The notes below the pieces were generated by a model. That model made no database searches, had not been told where the DNA came from, and worked only from the letters and a program-made list of their open reading frames with translations. A stretch of DNA of 64,000 bases. Source: Vulcanimicrobiaceae bacterium (GTDB lineage Bacteria > Verrucomicrobiota > Verrucomicrobiia > Limisphaerales > Palsa-1400). Below are positions 35,632-46,462 of the stretch, piece after piece; position 1 is the stretch's first letter; each line of letters starts with the position of its first letter. A program made the position numbers and the translations under genes. The DNA lies in the NCBI GenBank assembly GCA_035511075.1, contig DATKFW010000150.1:26960-90959 (forward strand), read 5' to 3'.

Positions 35632-38343
35632 ATGACTTCCGCTGAAATACGGCAATCCTTTTTGGAGTTCTTCAAGTCCAAGGGCCACTCCATTGTCCCG
35701 TCGTCCAGTTTGATGCCCGATTCTCCCGGCCTCCTTTTCACCAACGCCGGGATGAATCAGTTCGTCCCGATTTTCCTCAATCAACGGGCCCCGGACGTCG
35801 ACAAATGGCCCGGCGCCATCCCGGGCAAACCCACGCGCGCCGCGGACACCCAGAAGTGCATCCGCGCCGGGGGCAAACATAACGACCTGGAGGACGTGGG
35901 ACTGGACACCTATCACCACACTTTTTTCGAGATGCTTGGCAATTGGAGCTTTGGCGATTATTTCAAAAAGGAGGCCATCGAATGGGCCTGGGAACTTGTC
36001 GTCGGGGTTTGGAAGTTCCCGGCCGATCGCTTGTATGCCACCGTCTATTCGCCCGACAAATCGAAGGGCGACCCAAGCGAATTCGACCAGGAAGCCTACG
36101 ATTTTTGGGCCGTGAAATTTTCCGCCGCCGACCTTGATCCAAAAATCCACATTGTTCACGGCGGAAAGAAGGACAATTTTTGGATGATGGGAGAAACGGG
36201 ACCGTGCGGGCCTTGCTCCGAGATACACATCGATTTGACGCCGGCAGGCGACACCCAAGGCTCCCTGGTCAACAAGGGCGATGCCCGCTGCATTGAAATT
36301 TGGAACCTGGTTTTTATTCAGTTCAATGCGAATTCGGACGGCACGTTTTCCGCGTTGCCAGCGCGGCACGTTGATACGGGAATGGGCTTCGAGCGCGTCA
36401 CCGGAATTATGCAAAACACGCGGAAATTCACTGATTTCGCGCGAGTCGTATCCAATTACGAGACGGACATTTTTCGCCCGCTATTTGACAAATTGGAAAA
36501 GTTAAGCGGCAAGAAATACGGTTCGACCCTTCCGGGAAGCGCGGTTTCCCCACAAATCCAGACCGACATCGCTTTCCGCGTCGTCGCCGATCACATTCGG
36601 ACGCTGGGTTTTTCCATCGCGGACGGGATCCTTCCCGGCAACACGGATCGCAATTATGTTTTGCGCCGCATTCTGCGCCGGGCCGTCCGGTATGGCCGCA
36701 CGCTCGGTTTCCGCGAGCCGTTTTTTTACAAGCTGGCGGACGTTCTTGCGGAAACGATGGGCGATGTTTTTCCAGAAGTGCGCGCAAAGAAAGGCCACGT
36801 GCAGGAGGTCATCCGTGTCGAGGAGGAGGCTTTCAACAAGACCCTCGATCGCGGGATTGAACTTTTTAATGATGAGGCGCGGAGAAATGGCGTCAAGTCG
36901 ATTTCCGGCGAATTCGCCTTCAAACTGTACGACACCTATGGTTTTCCACTCGACCTCACCGAGTTGATGGCGCGGGAACAAGGCTTGACCGTCGATACCG
37001 CCGGGTTCGAGAAGCTCATGGAGGAACAGCGGGCGCGCGCGCGCGCGGCGCAAAAAAAGGAAATCGTCGCCGCCTCGAATATCGATGCTTCCAAACCGAC
37101 GCGCTTTGTCGGCTTCGATCAACTTCAAGCCGGCGCCACTGTGCAGGACGTTGTCAAGTTAAAGGATAAACTGGCCGTAACGACGGACGTTTCGCCGCTT
37201 TACGCCGAAATGGGCGGGCAGGTTGGCGACACCGGGGAAGCCCAGGCCGGCGGAGCCGTCTGGCACATCGCCAATACGCAAAAAACCGGCAATACATTCC
37301 TCCATATTCTCGCCGGCGATGACGCGCCCGAAGCGGGGGCGAAAATCGAGCTGCATGTCAATGCGCCGCGCCGCGCGGCCATTCAGCGGCATCATTCCGT
37401 GACGCATCTCCTCCATTGGGCGTTGCACGAGGTCGTCAGCCCCGACGCCGTTCAGAAAGGCTCTTATGTGGGGCCGGACAAATTGACCTTCGATTTCAGC
37501 AGCGCCGCGCTCACGCCGGCGCAAGTCAGCGACGTGGAAAAACTGGTCAATGAACGCATCGTGGAGAACGGCCCGGTCTTCTGGACCGAAGTCCCGTATG
37601 CGCAGGTCAAGGGGCGCAAGGAGATCATGCAATTCTTCGGGGAAAAATACGGCGAGGCGGTTCGCGTCGTCCAAATCGGAGGCAAAGCAGGCGAGTTGGA
37701 CGGTTATTCGATGGAGCTTTGCGGCGGGACGCATGCGCGCGCAACGGGTGAAGTTGGACTTTTTAGGATTGTCAGCGAGAGCGCCGTCGCGGCGGGCATT
37801 CGCCGCATCGAAGCCGTCGCCGGCTTGCGCGCCTACGACAAGACACGCCAGGACGCCGCCCTGCTTTCCAGCGTATCAGAACGGCTCAATGCGCCTGTGT
37901 CGGAATTGGAAAGGAAGATCGAATCGTTGTTGGCCCAACAAAAGGAATTGGAAAAGCAACTCCAGGCGAATCGCCAAAAGGAAGCCGCGGAAATCGCGCG
38001 CGGCCTTGTTTCCAGGACCCAGCCGCGCGGCGCGACCCCCTGGCTCGTCGAAAATCTCGGCGCGGTCGATGGCGATTTCCTACAAGCGGTGACGGACGCC
38101 ATCAAGAGCCAATTCAAAGGCGTGGTTGTGCTGGGCGGAACGGCCAACAACGCGGTGTCGCTTGTGGCCGCGGTTTCCCCGGAATACACGGCCGCGTTTC
38201 AAGCCGGCAAGATCATCCAGGCCATTGCCCCGGTTGTCGGCGGCAAAGGCGGCGGCAAACCGGATAACGCACGCGGCGGTGGCAGGGAGATTTCAAAACT
38301 GGATGAAGCCCTGCAAAAGGCCAGGGCGATGCTCGGCGGTTGA
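35632..38343 (+). CDS. alaS: Alanine--tRNA ligase
   Basis: LLFTNAGMNQF, HHTFFEMLGNWSFGDYFK, DTGMGFER, editing HSVTH and ELCGGTH, GGKGGG. Confidence 0.98.
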   Translation: MTSAEIRQSFLEFFKSKGHSIVPSSSLMPDSPGLLFTNAGMNQFVPIFLNQRAPDVDKWPGAIPGKPTRAADTQKCIRAGGKHNDLEDVGLDTYHHTFFEMLGNWSFGDYFKKEAIEWAWELVVGVWKFPADRLYATVYSPDKSKGDPSEFDQEAYDFWAVKFSAADLDPKIHIVHGGKKDNFWMMGETGPCGPCSEIHIDLTPAGDTQGSLVNKGDARCIEIWNLVFIQFNANSDGTFSALPARHVDTGMGFERVTGIMQNTRKFTDFARVVSNYETDIFRPLFDKLEKLSGKKYGSTLPGSAVSPQIQTDIAFRVVADHIRTLGFSIADGILPGNTDRNYVLRRILRRAVRYGRTLGFREPFFYKLADVLAETMGDVFPEVRAKKGHVQEVIRVEEEAFNKTLDRGIELFNDEARRNGVKSISGEFAFKLYDTYGFPLDLTELMAREQGLTVDTAGFEKLMEEQRARARAAQKKEIVAASNIDASKPTRFVGFDQLQAGATVQDVVKLKDKLAVTTDVSPLYAEMGGQVGDTGEAQAGGAVWHIANTQKTGNTFLHILAGDDAPEAGAKIELHVNAPRRAAIQRHHSVTHLLHWALHEVVSPDAVQKGSYVGPDKLTFDFSSAALTPAQVSDVEKLVNERIVENGPVFWTEVPYAQVKGRKEIMQFFGEKYGEAVRVVQIGGKAGELDGYSMELCGGTHARATGEVGLFRIVSESAVAAGIRRIEAVAGLRAYDKTRQDAALLSSVSERLNAPVSELERKIESLLAQQKELEKQLQANRQKEAAEIARGLVSRTQPRGATPWLVENLGAVDGDFLQAVTDAIKSQFKGVVVLGGTANNAVSLVAAVSPEYTAAFQAGKIIQAIAPVVGGKGGGKPDNARGGGREISKLDEALQKARAMLGG

Positions 38344-38431
38344 CGGCGTTGAAATGACAAAGATTTGCCTTGTCTGGGGGCGCTTTCTTTGACACAAGTC
38401 AGGTTGCAAGCATGGCAAATATACAACAGAC

Positions 38432-39652
38432 ATGAAATTGACAACCAATAGCCTCGCCCAAACGGCGGTTTTGCTCGGTGTCTCCTCATCGATCGCGCTA
38501 TTGCCCGGCTCTGTTTTCGGTCTGGGAATCGCGCTGCCCGACCAGGACGCGTTTGCCACCGCGCGCGGCAACGCATTTGTCGCCACGGCGGACGACCCCG
38601 CCGCCGTTTTTTACAATCCGGCGGGTATTTCGCAGTTGGAGGGGATGAACATGTCGATCGGCGCGTATGGGATCGTGTACGGTTCGACATTCAAGGGCGA
38701 CGGAACGTCGATTGACAGCAAGACCCAGTTGGAAGTCCTGCCGCAGGTGTTCAGTACGATCAGCATTCCGAAATTTCACTTGACGCTGGGACTGGGCACC
38801 TACTCGCCCTACGGGCTGAGGTATGAATGGCCGGCGTCCTCGCCCTTTGTTGGGGACGGCGAGACCGGACAAATCAGTTATTACACCGTCAACCCGGTGG
38901 TCGCCTACCGGATATGCTCGACATTATCCATTGCCGCGGGGCCGACGATCAATTACTCGGAGGCCGATCTCAAGGAGTATCCGACCCTGCCCCCGCCGCT
39001 TCCGCCGCTGAGCTTTGTCAATCATTTTCGCGGGCGTGACATCGATGTCGGGTATAACGCCGGCATTCTCTGGCATCCCTTGGAGCAGCATTCCTTCGGG
39101 GTGACTTACCGCAGCGCCACGGACATGAATTACGAAGGACACGCCACTATTCCGCCGACGTCTGTCAACACCAGCGCGCAGGCTAATTTCCACTTCCCGC
39201 AGACCGTCGATTTCGGCTACTCCTTCCGCCCGACGAAAGCGTGGAATTTCGAGGCCGACGGCGTTTGGTCGGACTGGAGCACGCTCAAGACGGTGACCGT
39301 AAATCCGCTTGGGCCCTCCGGAGACGAAGTGCCTTTCAATTGGAAGCCAAGCTGGATGGTGGATTTTGGGGCCACGCGCTACCTCGGAGACGGTTGGCGG
39401 CTGAGCGCCGGTTATATATACAGCATGAACACGGTGCCCAGCGGCAATTTTAATCCGCTTGTGCCTGATTCGGATCGGCATATTTTCAGCGTCGGTGTGG
39501 GAAGGAAATACAAGCGATTCAGTTGGGACGCCGCTTATCAGTTGGCGTGGGGACCGTCGCGCTCGGTCAGCGGGGACGCTTATCCTCCCGCCGACGGCAG
39601 TTACGAATTTTTAAGCAATGCTCTCACCGTCAATTTTGGGTACCGCTTCTGA
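38432..39652 (+). CDS. OmpP1/FadL/TodX outer-membrane transporter
   Basis: Signal peptide; ARGNAFVATADDPAAVFYNPAG hatch motif; PDSDR; C-terminal YRF beta-signal. Confidence 0.92.
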   Translation: MKLTTNSLAQTAVLLGVSSSIALLPGSVFGLGIALPDQDAFATARGNAFVATADDPAAVFYNPAGISQLEGMNMSIGAYGIVYGSTFKGDGTSIDSKTQLEVLPQVFSTISIPKFHLTLGLGTYSPYGLRYEWPASSPFVGDGETGQISYYTVNPVVAYRICSTLSIAAGPTINYSEADLKEYPTLPPPLPPLSFVNHFRGRDIDVGYNAGILWHPLEQHSFGVTYRSATDMNYEGHATIPPTSVNTSAQANFHFPQTVDFGYSFRPTKAWNFEADGVWSDWSTLKTVTVNPLGPSGDEVPFNWKPSWMVDFGATRYLGDGWRLSAGYIYSMNTVPSGNFNPLVPDSDRHIFSVGVGRKYKRFSWDAAYQLAWGPSRSVSGDAYPPADGSYEFLSNALTVNFGYRF

Positions 39653-40892
39653 TATAGGAAGCGATCCGGGAGACAAAGGGCGCCGGACTTTGCTCATCGT
39701 GGATGATGAGGAAGGGCCCAGGCAATCGTTGCGGGTTGTCTTCAAGGACGAATACGACCTGCTGCTGGCGTCCAATGGCCAGGAGGCCATCGAATTGGCC
39801 AGGAAAAATAGGATCAACGCCGCGGTATTGGACATCCGCATGACAGGGATGAATGGCACCGAAGTGCTCGAAAAGCTCAAAGCCATTCAACCGTCCATCG
39901 AGGTCATCATGCTCACGGCGTACGAGACGGTCGACACCGTCCGCCAGGCGCTGCGGCTGGGCGCTTGCGATTATCTCAACAAGCCATTCGATGTCTCCAC
40001 GATCCGCAAAGCCGTCGCCACCGCGATGGAACGGCACTCGTTCGCAGACGCGGTCCGGTCCAACAACGAGAAACTAGCCGCGCTGCAGGTGGAGTTGCAG
40101 GACCAGAAGCTGCAGGAGGAAATAATCCGCACCCGGGGCGAAATTTACGCCAGCATCATCCACGACATCAACGGCCCGCTGACTATCATTTCCGGCTTCA
40201 TTCAAATCATTAATCAGCGGATGGGCGATGCGGATCGGTTGGAGGGGGAAGACATGGAGATGGTCAAGGACCGACTCAAGCGCATCACCCGGCAAGTCGG
40301 CAACTGCATCGAGATTTCGCATCGTTACCTGAGTTTCATGCGGCAGCAACCGACGGTGCTGGCGCCGGTCAGTGTGAGGCAAGTCCTGGACGACCTGCGC
40401 GAGTTGTTAAACGCCCATCCAAGCAAAGGAGCCAACACCCTCAAGGTCCACGTGCTGGCCCAGGACGTCGAATTGCAAATCAACGGGACGGACTTGATTC
40501 AAATGCTGCTCAATCTGGCCATCAACGCGTTGCAGTGCTCGACGGACCCGCACATGGTCGATATCGCCGGCAAGTTGTTTGACACGGGCGTGGACTTTTC
40601 CGCGCTGCATGACGGACCGGCGGACCGGATTCTCTACGGGCAGGGATTTGTCAATACGCCGCCGCTGCTGCAACTTTCCGTTCGCGACGACGGCCCTGGG
40701 ATTCCGACCGACGTTCTGCCCAAGGTATTTCAGCCCTACTTCACGACCAAGCCACCCGGCAAGGGCACGGGGCTTGGCCTGGCCATCGTGCATCGCCTGC
40801 TCAAAGAGGCGCGAGGGTGCCTGCATGTGCATTCCAAACCGGGCGAGGGGACGACGTTCAATATTTATCTCCCCGCGACGGTCAAGCGTTAG
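39618..40892 (+). CDS. Cytoplasmic hybrid kinase (REC-HisKA-HATPase)
   Basis: LLIVDDE...LDIRM...KPFD receiver; HDINGPL H-box; NLAINA, DDGPGI, YFTTK..GTGLGL. Confidence 0.92.
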   Translation: MLSPSILGTASDIGSDPGDKGRRTLLIVDDEEGPRQSLRVVFKDEYDLLLASNGQEAIELARKNRINAAVLDIRMTGMNGTEVLEKLKAIQPSIEVIMLTAYETVDTVRQALRLGACDYLNKPFDVSTIRKAVATAMERHSFADAVRSNNEKLAALQVELQDQKLQEEIIRTRGEIYASIIHDINGPLTIISGFIQIINQRMGDADRLEGEDMEMVKDRLKRITRQVGNCIEISHRYLSFMRQQPTVLAPVSVRQVLDDLRELLNAHPSKGANTLKVHVLAQDVELQINGTDLIQMLLNLAINALQCSTDPHMVDIAGKLFDTGVDFSALHDGPADRILYGQGFVNTPPLLQLSVRDDGPGIPTDVLPKVFQPYFTTKPPGKGTGLGLAIVHRLLKEARGCLHVHSKPGEGTTFNIYLPATVKR

Positions 40893-40949
40893 GATTCGAC
40901 CGGCTTGCGGCGGCTTGACCCAGACTCGCGCCTATGGCGCATAACACTC

Positions 40950-41165
40950 GTGAAGATTGAGAGAATTCGACGAAGACTGAGTGGAGGATTTCGGCCGTTT
41001 GTCATTCGCACGTCGGATCGGCGGGCGTACGAGGTTCCGCATCCGGAATTCATCGTGGTCGCACCGCACGAGATCGGCGTTGTCAGCAAGAACGGTTACG
41101 TTGACACCTTGGCGCCGCTGCATATTGTTTTACTTCGAAGTGTCGCCGCCAGGAACGGAAAGTAG
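40950..41165 (+). CDS. Small hypothetical protein
   Basis: GTG start; FRPFVIRTSD..YEVPHPEFI pattern, which I recall in small PVC-group proteins (unverified). Confidence 0.65.
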   Translation: MKIERIRRRLSGGFRPFVIRTSDRRAYEVPHPEFIVVAPHEIGVVSKNGYVDTLAPLHIVLLRSVAARNGK

Positions 41166-41214
41166 CCCGCAGGCCATCCTGCAAGTCCTGTTCATTCCGT
41201 CAAACTTCATTGCT

Positions 41215-42393
41215 TTAGCTGTTGAGAAGAGTTTTCAGAGCGGCGGAGAGCGCTTGGTAGTCCGCAGATTCGTTGTACAATTGCGCGCAGACGCGCAGGA
41301 GGCGCTTTGGGAATCCGGGCCAGTGGATGACCGGCACTTCAATGCCGTGTTGAAAGAGCAACTGGTCCTGCAATCGGTCGATGTAGAGCGGCGGGCCGGG
41401 TCTTTGGTCCTCGCGGGCGTCGGGCAGGGGAACCGAGGCCATCGCGCCAATGCACTCGTCAGGACAGGGTGGTTTGATTTGCAGGGTTTGACAGAGGATT
41501 TGCCGGGCTTCCAAGGCAAGGCGGCGATTTCGGGACTGGATTTCATCCCATCCGCCCGGCAGCAGTCCGCCGAGGAAGCGCAACGCTTCCGGGACGCTCA
41601 GGCAAGCCGTTGGGTCCCATGTTCCGGGCCACCCGAACTCAATCAAGAAGCGCGAGCAATCCGTCCGGGGCGAAGTCAGCCCGTGGCTGATGGAGAGAGG
41701 ATGGATCAGTTGCTGGCGGTCGGGCCGAACGTGCAGGAGCGCGGCGGTTTTGGGGGCGCACAACCATTTGTGGCAGTTGCCCGTGTAATAAGCCGCGCCA
41801 AGTTCCTCCAGCCGGAGGGGCACCATGCCCGGCCCGTGGGCGCCATCCACAAGGGTGTCCACGCCGCGCGCCGCCAATTCGCGCACGATGCGGGCAATGG
41901 GCAGCACCATCGCGGTTTGACTGGTGACGTGATCGATCAAGGCCAGGCGCGTGCGTGAAGTGACGCGGCCAAGGATTGCTTCCAAGAGCTGGTCCGCCGA
42001 TTCAGCGGGGAAAGGAAGCGCCGCGACGACGACCGTGGCCCCGGTCCGTGTGGCCACGTATTGGAGGGCGTTTCTGCAAGCATTATACTCATGGTCGGTC
42101 ACCAGCAATTCGTCGCCGGATTCAAAGGAGAGCGAGCGTAAAACCGTGTTGACGCCTGTCGTGGCGTTCGGGACGAAAACAAGGTTGTCGGGATGCGCGC
42201 CCACAAACCGCGCCAGGGTGACGCGCGCGTCATTGAGCAAGGGTTCGAGGTCGCGGACCAGGAACTGCACCGGCTGGCGTTCCATGCGGTCGCGCAAGGC
42301 CCGCTGGAATTCCAGCACAGGGCGCGGACAGCTTCCGAAGGAGCCGTGGTTTAGAAAGATGACCTTGGGATCAATGGACCAATGTTCTTTCAT
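41215..42393 (-). CDS. Class V PLP-dependent enzyme (isopenicillin-N epimerase CefD / EgtE / cysteine desulfhydrase-like)
   Basis: FLNHGSFGSCP, NATTGVN, DHVTS, VDGAH, GNCHKWLCAPK. Confidence 0.9.
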   Translation of the reverse strand: MKEHWSIDPKVIFLNHGSFGSCPRPVLEFQRALRDRMERQPVQFLVRDLEPLLNDARVTLARFVGAHPDNLVFVPNATTGVNTVLRSLSFESGDELLVTDHEYNACRNALQYVATRTGATVVVAALPFPAESADQLLEAILGRVTSRTRLALIDHVTSQTAMVLPIARIVRELAARGVDTLVDGAHGPGMVPLRLEELGAAYYTGNCHKWLCAPKTAALLHVRPDRQQLIHPLSISHGLTSPRTDCSRFLIEFGWPGTWDPTACLSVPEALRFLGGLLPGGWDEIQSRNRRLALEARQILCQTLQIKPPCPDECIGAMASVPLPDAREDQRPGPPLYIDRLQDQLLFQHGIEVPVIHWPGFPKRLLRVCAQLYNESADYQALSAALKTLLNS

Positions 42394-42411
42394 GGGAATT
42401 GTGATAGTCCA

Positions 42412-43023
42412 TCAGGACGGGAGCCGCTTTCTGAATTGGAGGCAGGCCTGGGCGATATCCGGGGCGTTGAGGATCGCGGAAACGGCGCAGACTCGTTGCG
42501 CTCCGGTCGAAACGACTTCGTCCAGATTGCTCAAATTAATTCCGCCGATGGCAAACCACGGGACCTTGACGTTGGCCGCTGCCCAGCGCACGTAATCCAG
42601 GGAAACAGGACGAGCGCCGGGTTTTGTGGCGGTTGCATGAACCGGCCCGACTGCGATGTACGCCGGACCCGCGTCAAGCGCCCGCAAGGCCTGGCCCGGG
42701 GAATGGGTGCTCAGGCCGAAGGGCGTTGCGGGAGGCCTGGCGGCCGCGAAATCCTCCTGGCCCAAATGACAGAAGTCGGCGCCGACTTCCCGAGCAATGT
42801 CGGGATGATCGTTGATGACCAATCCGACCCCTGCGCCGCGAAGGATGGGAAGAATCTCGCCTGCCATGCGCAGGATTTCCTCGCGAGTGGAGTTCTTGGC
42901 GCGGAGTTGGACCAGGTCCGAGCCGCCCGCGCAAAGCTGGAGCGCGACGGAGGCCGGAGGGCGTCCACGCAGATATTCGGCATCAATAAAGGCGTAAAGG
43001 CGGCATTGCGCGAGCGGTTTCAT
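42412..43023 (-). CDS. thiE: Thiamine-phosphate synthase
   Basis: VQLRAK, INDH, HLGQED, GLSTH, GPVHATATK, AIGGI, AVSAI. Confidence 0.92.
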   Translation of the reverse strand: MKPLAQCRLYAFIDAEYLRGRPPASVALQLCAGGSDLVQLRAKNSTREEILRMAGEILPILRGAGVGLVINDHPDIAREVGADFCHLGQEDFAAARPPATPFGLSTHSPGQALRALDAGPAYIAVGPVHATATKPGARPVSLDYVRWAAANVKVPWFAIGGINLSNLDEVVSTGAQRVCAVSAILNAPDIAQACLQFRKRLPS

Positions 43024-43041
43024 GGACGGTGGCCGGACCGC

Positions 43042-44415
43042 TTACTCGATCAATTCGCGGCGCGCGCTGCCGAGGAGTTGCTCCAGGAAGTTGGTGGAAT
43101 AGACGCCCCTGCGAAAGTTGGGGTCCTGCAAGACGGCTTGCTGGAAGGCAATTGTCGTTTTGACACCGGTGATCATGTATTCGGAGAGGGAACGGCTCAT
43201 TTTATCCATCGCTTCGCGGCGGTCTTTGCCGACCGTGATCAGCTTGCCGATCATCGAGTCGTAGTAGGGCGGAATGGTGTAGCCGGCGTAGACATGGCTA
43301 TCCACGCGGGTGCCGCGCCCGCCCGGCGAGTAATACATTTCGATGCGTCCAGGACAGGGAAGGAAGTCGTCGAAGGGGTCTTCGGCATTGATGCGGCACT
43401 CGATGGCGTGGCCGCGCATGCGGATGTCGCTTTGGGAGAGGCGCAACGGTTCGCCCATGGCGATGGTGATTTGAAGTTTGACAATGTCCAGTCCGGTGAC
43501 CTCCTCGGTGATGGGATGTTCGACCTGGATGCGTTTGTTGACTTCCAGGAAATAGAAATGGCCCTGCTCATCCACAAGAAACTCGACAGTTCCGGCGTTG
43601 GTGTAGTGCGAAACCTCGGCGATGCGGACGGCGGCCTTGCCCATTTTCTTGCGAAGGTCCTTGAACTTTCCCTCGATGAGCGGGGAGGGCGTCTCTTCAA
43701 CCAGTTTCTGGTTGCGCCGCTGGATGGAGCAATCGCGTTCGCCCAAATGAATGATGTTGCCGCGGCTGTCGCCGAGGATCTGGAACTCAATGTGGTGGCA
43801 GTTCTCGATATATCTCTCGATGTAAACGCCCGAATTTCCGAAGGCCTTTTCCGCCTCGCTCCGCGCGGTGTGGTAGCCTTTGACGAGTGAAACATCATTG
43901 TGGGCCGCGCGCATCCCGCGTCCGCCTCCGCCGGCGATGGCCTTGATCATGACGGGGTAGCCGATGCGCTTGGCGTTGGCGAGGGCGTCCTGTTCGTTTT
44001 CGACCGGCCCCTCCGAACCCGGGGGGGTGGGCACGCCGGCTTTTTTGGCGAGGGTGCGGCTTGCGGCCTTGTCTTCGAGGGCATTCATCGCGCGCGAACT
44101 GGGTCCGATGAAGCGAATGTTGCAGCTTTCGCAAACGTCGGCGAAATGGGCGTTTTCGGAAAGGAAGCCGTAACCGGGATGGATGGCATCGACATCGGCA
44201 ATTTCCGCGGCGCTGATAATGCGGTCGATTCGCAGGTAGCTGTCACTGCTGGGAGGTTTGCCGATGCAAATGGCCTCGTCCGCCATTTGGACATGCATGG
44301 AGTTGGCGTCGGCTTCGGAATAAACGGCGACGGTCCGGATGTTCAACTCCTTGCAGGCCCGGATAATACGCACGGCGATTTCGCCGCGATTGGCAACGAG
44401 AATTTTCTCAAACAT
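43042..44415 (-). CDS. accC: Acetyl-CoA carboxylase, biotin carboxylase subunit
   Basis: Start ATG 44415, [14 protein letters not shown]; [39 protein letters not shown]. Confidence 0.96.
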   Translation of the reverse strand: MFEKILVANRGEIAVRIIRACKELNIRTVAVYSEADANSMHVQMADEAICIGKPPSSDSYLRIDRIISAAEIADVDAIHPGYGFLSENAHFADVCESCNIRFIGPSSRAMNALEDKAASRTLAKKAGVPTPPGSEGPVENEQDALANAKRIGYPVMIKAIAGGGGRGMRAAHNDVSLVKGYHTARSEAEKAFGNSGVYIERYIENCHHIEFQILGDSRGNIIHLGERDCSIQRRNQKLVEETPSPLIEGKFKDLRKKMGKAAVRIAEVSHYTNAGTVEFLVDEQGHFYFLEVNKRIQVEHPITEEVTGLDIVKLQITIAMGEPLRLSQSDIRMRGHAIECRINAEDPFDDFLPCPGRIEMYYSPGGRGTRVDSHVYAGYTIPPYYDSMIGKLITVGKDRREAMDKMSRSLSEYMITGVKTTIAFQQAVLQDPNFRRGVYSTNFLEQLLGSARRELIE

Positions 44416-44438
44416 GCTGCATTGATCCCACCCAACGA

Positions 44439-44909
44439 CTAGGTGGGCCGGATTCGGAACAAAGGCTGGCCAAACTCGACAGGTTTGGCGTTTTCGACAA
44501 GGATATGGGTCACGACCCCTTTGACTTCGGCCTTTATTTCGTTCATCACTTTCATGGCCTCGATCAAACAAACAACTGTCTCCGGCGTCACCTCGGTGCC
44601 GATCTCGACGTAATCGGCAGATTCAGGCGATGGCGCGCGATAAAACGTGCCGATCATGGGTGACTTGATTTCCAGCAGGATTGGAACAGGCGCTGCCGTG
44701 ATTGTGGGAGGCGCCAGCGCCGGTGCGCCGGTGGTTGTCGCCGGAGGGGGTGTTGCGTACGGTTGGGCCAATGCGGCCTCTTCCGCGGCAATCGGAGCGC
44801 CTGGCCCCCGCTTAAGCTTAATCTTAAAATCCTGACGCTCCAACTCGAATTCCGAGAGGGAATTCTTCCGCATCAGATCGATGATCGCCTTAATATCTTT
44901 TAGGTCCAA
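44439..44909 (-). CDS. accB: Biotin carboxyl carrier protein
   Basis: TTG start after GGAGG (MDLKDIK...); [15 protein letters not shown] biotinylation motif, VEFGQPLF. Confidence 0.94.
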   Translation of the reverse strand: MDLKDIKAIIDLMRKNSLSEFELERQDFKIKLKRGPGAPIAAEEAALAQPYATPPPATTTGAPALAPPTITAAPVPILLEIKSPMIGTFYRAPSPESADYVEIGTEVTPETVVCLIEAMKVMNEIKAEVKGVVTHILVENAKPVEFGQPLFRIRPT

Positions 44910-45121
44910 AGGGCCTCCGGTGGAAGCGAAGCCGAACCGTCGATGTTGGTAAACATGCTCATTGACGCAAAAAAGCAGTAGTCGAATTGACTCTGCTTTT
45001 GTTACGCTTTCGTAATGACACGGCGACAATACGCAGTTGACCAACCGGTCGTCAAGCTTAAATATTTCGGATATTTCCGGTGAAAACACATAAAACGGTC
45101 CATAATTGCATAGCTATAACG

Positions 45122-46447
45122 TTAATCTAAGCGGCTGGCGAGCCAGCCCATCAAGAAGAATTGCGTCCAGGCCAGAGCGGGAATATATAGATGGAACTCC
45201 ACCAGGCTGTGCAGACAGAGTCCGAATACCCCCAGCCAAACGGCAAAAGCCATCCAATCGCCAGATTTTGCATTTGAGCTATAACGATACAGTCGATATA
45301 AAATCACCAGGATCATGGCCGAATAAATAATAAACCCCGGAATTCCGGAGTCAGACGCTTGTTCCAGGTAATCATTGTGGCAAAGCTTGGTCGGCTCGTC
45401 CTCGAAACGTTTGACTGTCTGGTATGGGACTTGGAATGTGCCTGGCCCCGTACCCGTCCAGGGGTGTGACCTGACTACAAGTAGTGCGGCGCGCCAATAA
45501 GCGAAGCGCGCCCCGACGCTGTTATGCTCCTTCTGAAAGAAAGCCGCATACTTAACGGCAAAGGCTGCCACTCCCAGAACCAACAAACCGCAGATCAACC
45601 CGCGCTTCCATTTCAGCGGCAGCGCGGAATGTCCCAAAGCGATCAATCCGACCGTCAGTGCCACCAGCCAGCCCGCCTTTGAACCCGACCAATACAAACA
45701 GGCCAGACCCGTTCCGCCCAGAATCATTACAAACGCGATGCGCCCAGCGAGGCGGACTTTAGGTGTCAACCGCCACATAAACACGAGCGTCAGCGGCAAC
45801 ATCAGCACCAAGCCACCCGCCAGGGCGTTGGCGTAGACGAATGTTGAATAGATTCGGTTGCTGGCGATTCGTTTGATAAACTCCGGGTTCTTGAGCGCAT
45901 CCGGTGGAATATCCAGCGCGTTGTGGCCGGCATAGATCATTAAGCGGGTGGCTTCCAATCCCCCGAAATGCTGATCAAAGCCGGCGCGAATGACCCAGCA
46001 TAACGCCAGCGAAATCCCGGTCCAGACCGGCCATGTCCTGGACGTACCTTGCAGCGCGAAACATCCGAGGTAAAACAAGGCGACGCAAATCGTAAAATGC
46101 GCCATCGTTTGAGCTGTCAGTTCCCGGCTTACCGATTGAGCCGAAGCGATAAACTCCCATGCCAGCCAGAGTGTGGGAAGCGCCAAAATCCGGTGAAATT
46201 TCAACTGGTTCCACGGAATCGCCAGCAACCCGGCCACGATCACGGGAACGGACAGCCAAAAGCCCCATTTCGACGGCCACGATTCGTAGAATACCTCCGA
46301 TAAATTTGCGGGCGGGGTAGAGACGTTGTCCAGGATGACCGGGTCGCCAAACTTTATGATCGTGACGAAGAAGAACAGCCCGGCAACCAGAGCGAAAGCG
46401 AGGGGCGGAAATGAATGGTCCCGATCAGGTGTTTGTATTGAGGCCAT
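45122..46447 (-). CDS. O-antigen ligase (Wzy_C) family membrane protein
   Basis: Multi-TM; STFVYANALAG, SGSKAG, R..YW, GTGPGTF, HNDYLE..SG. Confidence 0.85.
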   Translation of the reverse strand: MASIQTPDRDHSFPPLAFALVAGLFFFVTIIKFGDPVILDNVSTPPANLSEVFYESWPSKWGFWLSVPVIVAGLLAIPWNQLKFHRILALPTLWLAWEFIASAQSVSRELTAQTMAHFTICVALFYLGCFALQGTSRTWPVWTGISLALCWVIRAGFDQHFGGLEATRLMIYAGHNALDIPPDALKNPEFIKRIASNRIYSTFVYANALAGGLVLMLPLTLVFMWRLTPKVRLAGRIAFVMILGGTGLACLYWSGSKAGWLVALTVGLIALGHSALPLKWKRGLICGLLVLGVAAFAVKYAAFFQKEHNSVGARFAYWRAALLVVRSHPWTGTGPGTFQVPYQTVKRFEDEPTKLCHNDYLEQASDSGIPGFIIYSAMILVILYRLYRYSSNAKSGDWMAFAVWLGVFGLCLHSLVEFHLYIPALAWTQFFLMGWLASRLD

Positions 46448-46462
46448 CCGGGCGATCCACCT

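Noticed and set aside
41215-42393. Beta-lactam or ergothioneine biosynthetic cluster suggested by the CefD/EgtE-like gene
   Set aside because: Neighbours are thiE and accBC; no NRPS, IPNS or egtB/D in the window.
42382-43890. 502-aa plus-strand ORF
   Set aside because: Antisense shadow of thiE/accC with no recognisable motifs; expected from high-GC codon bias.
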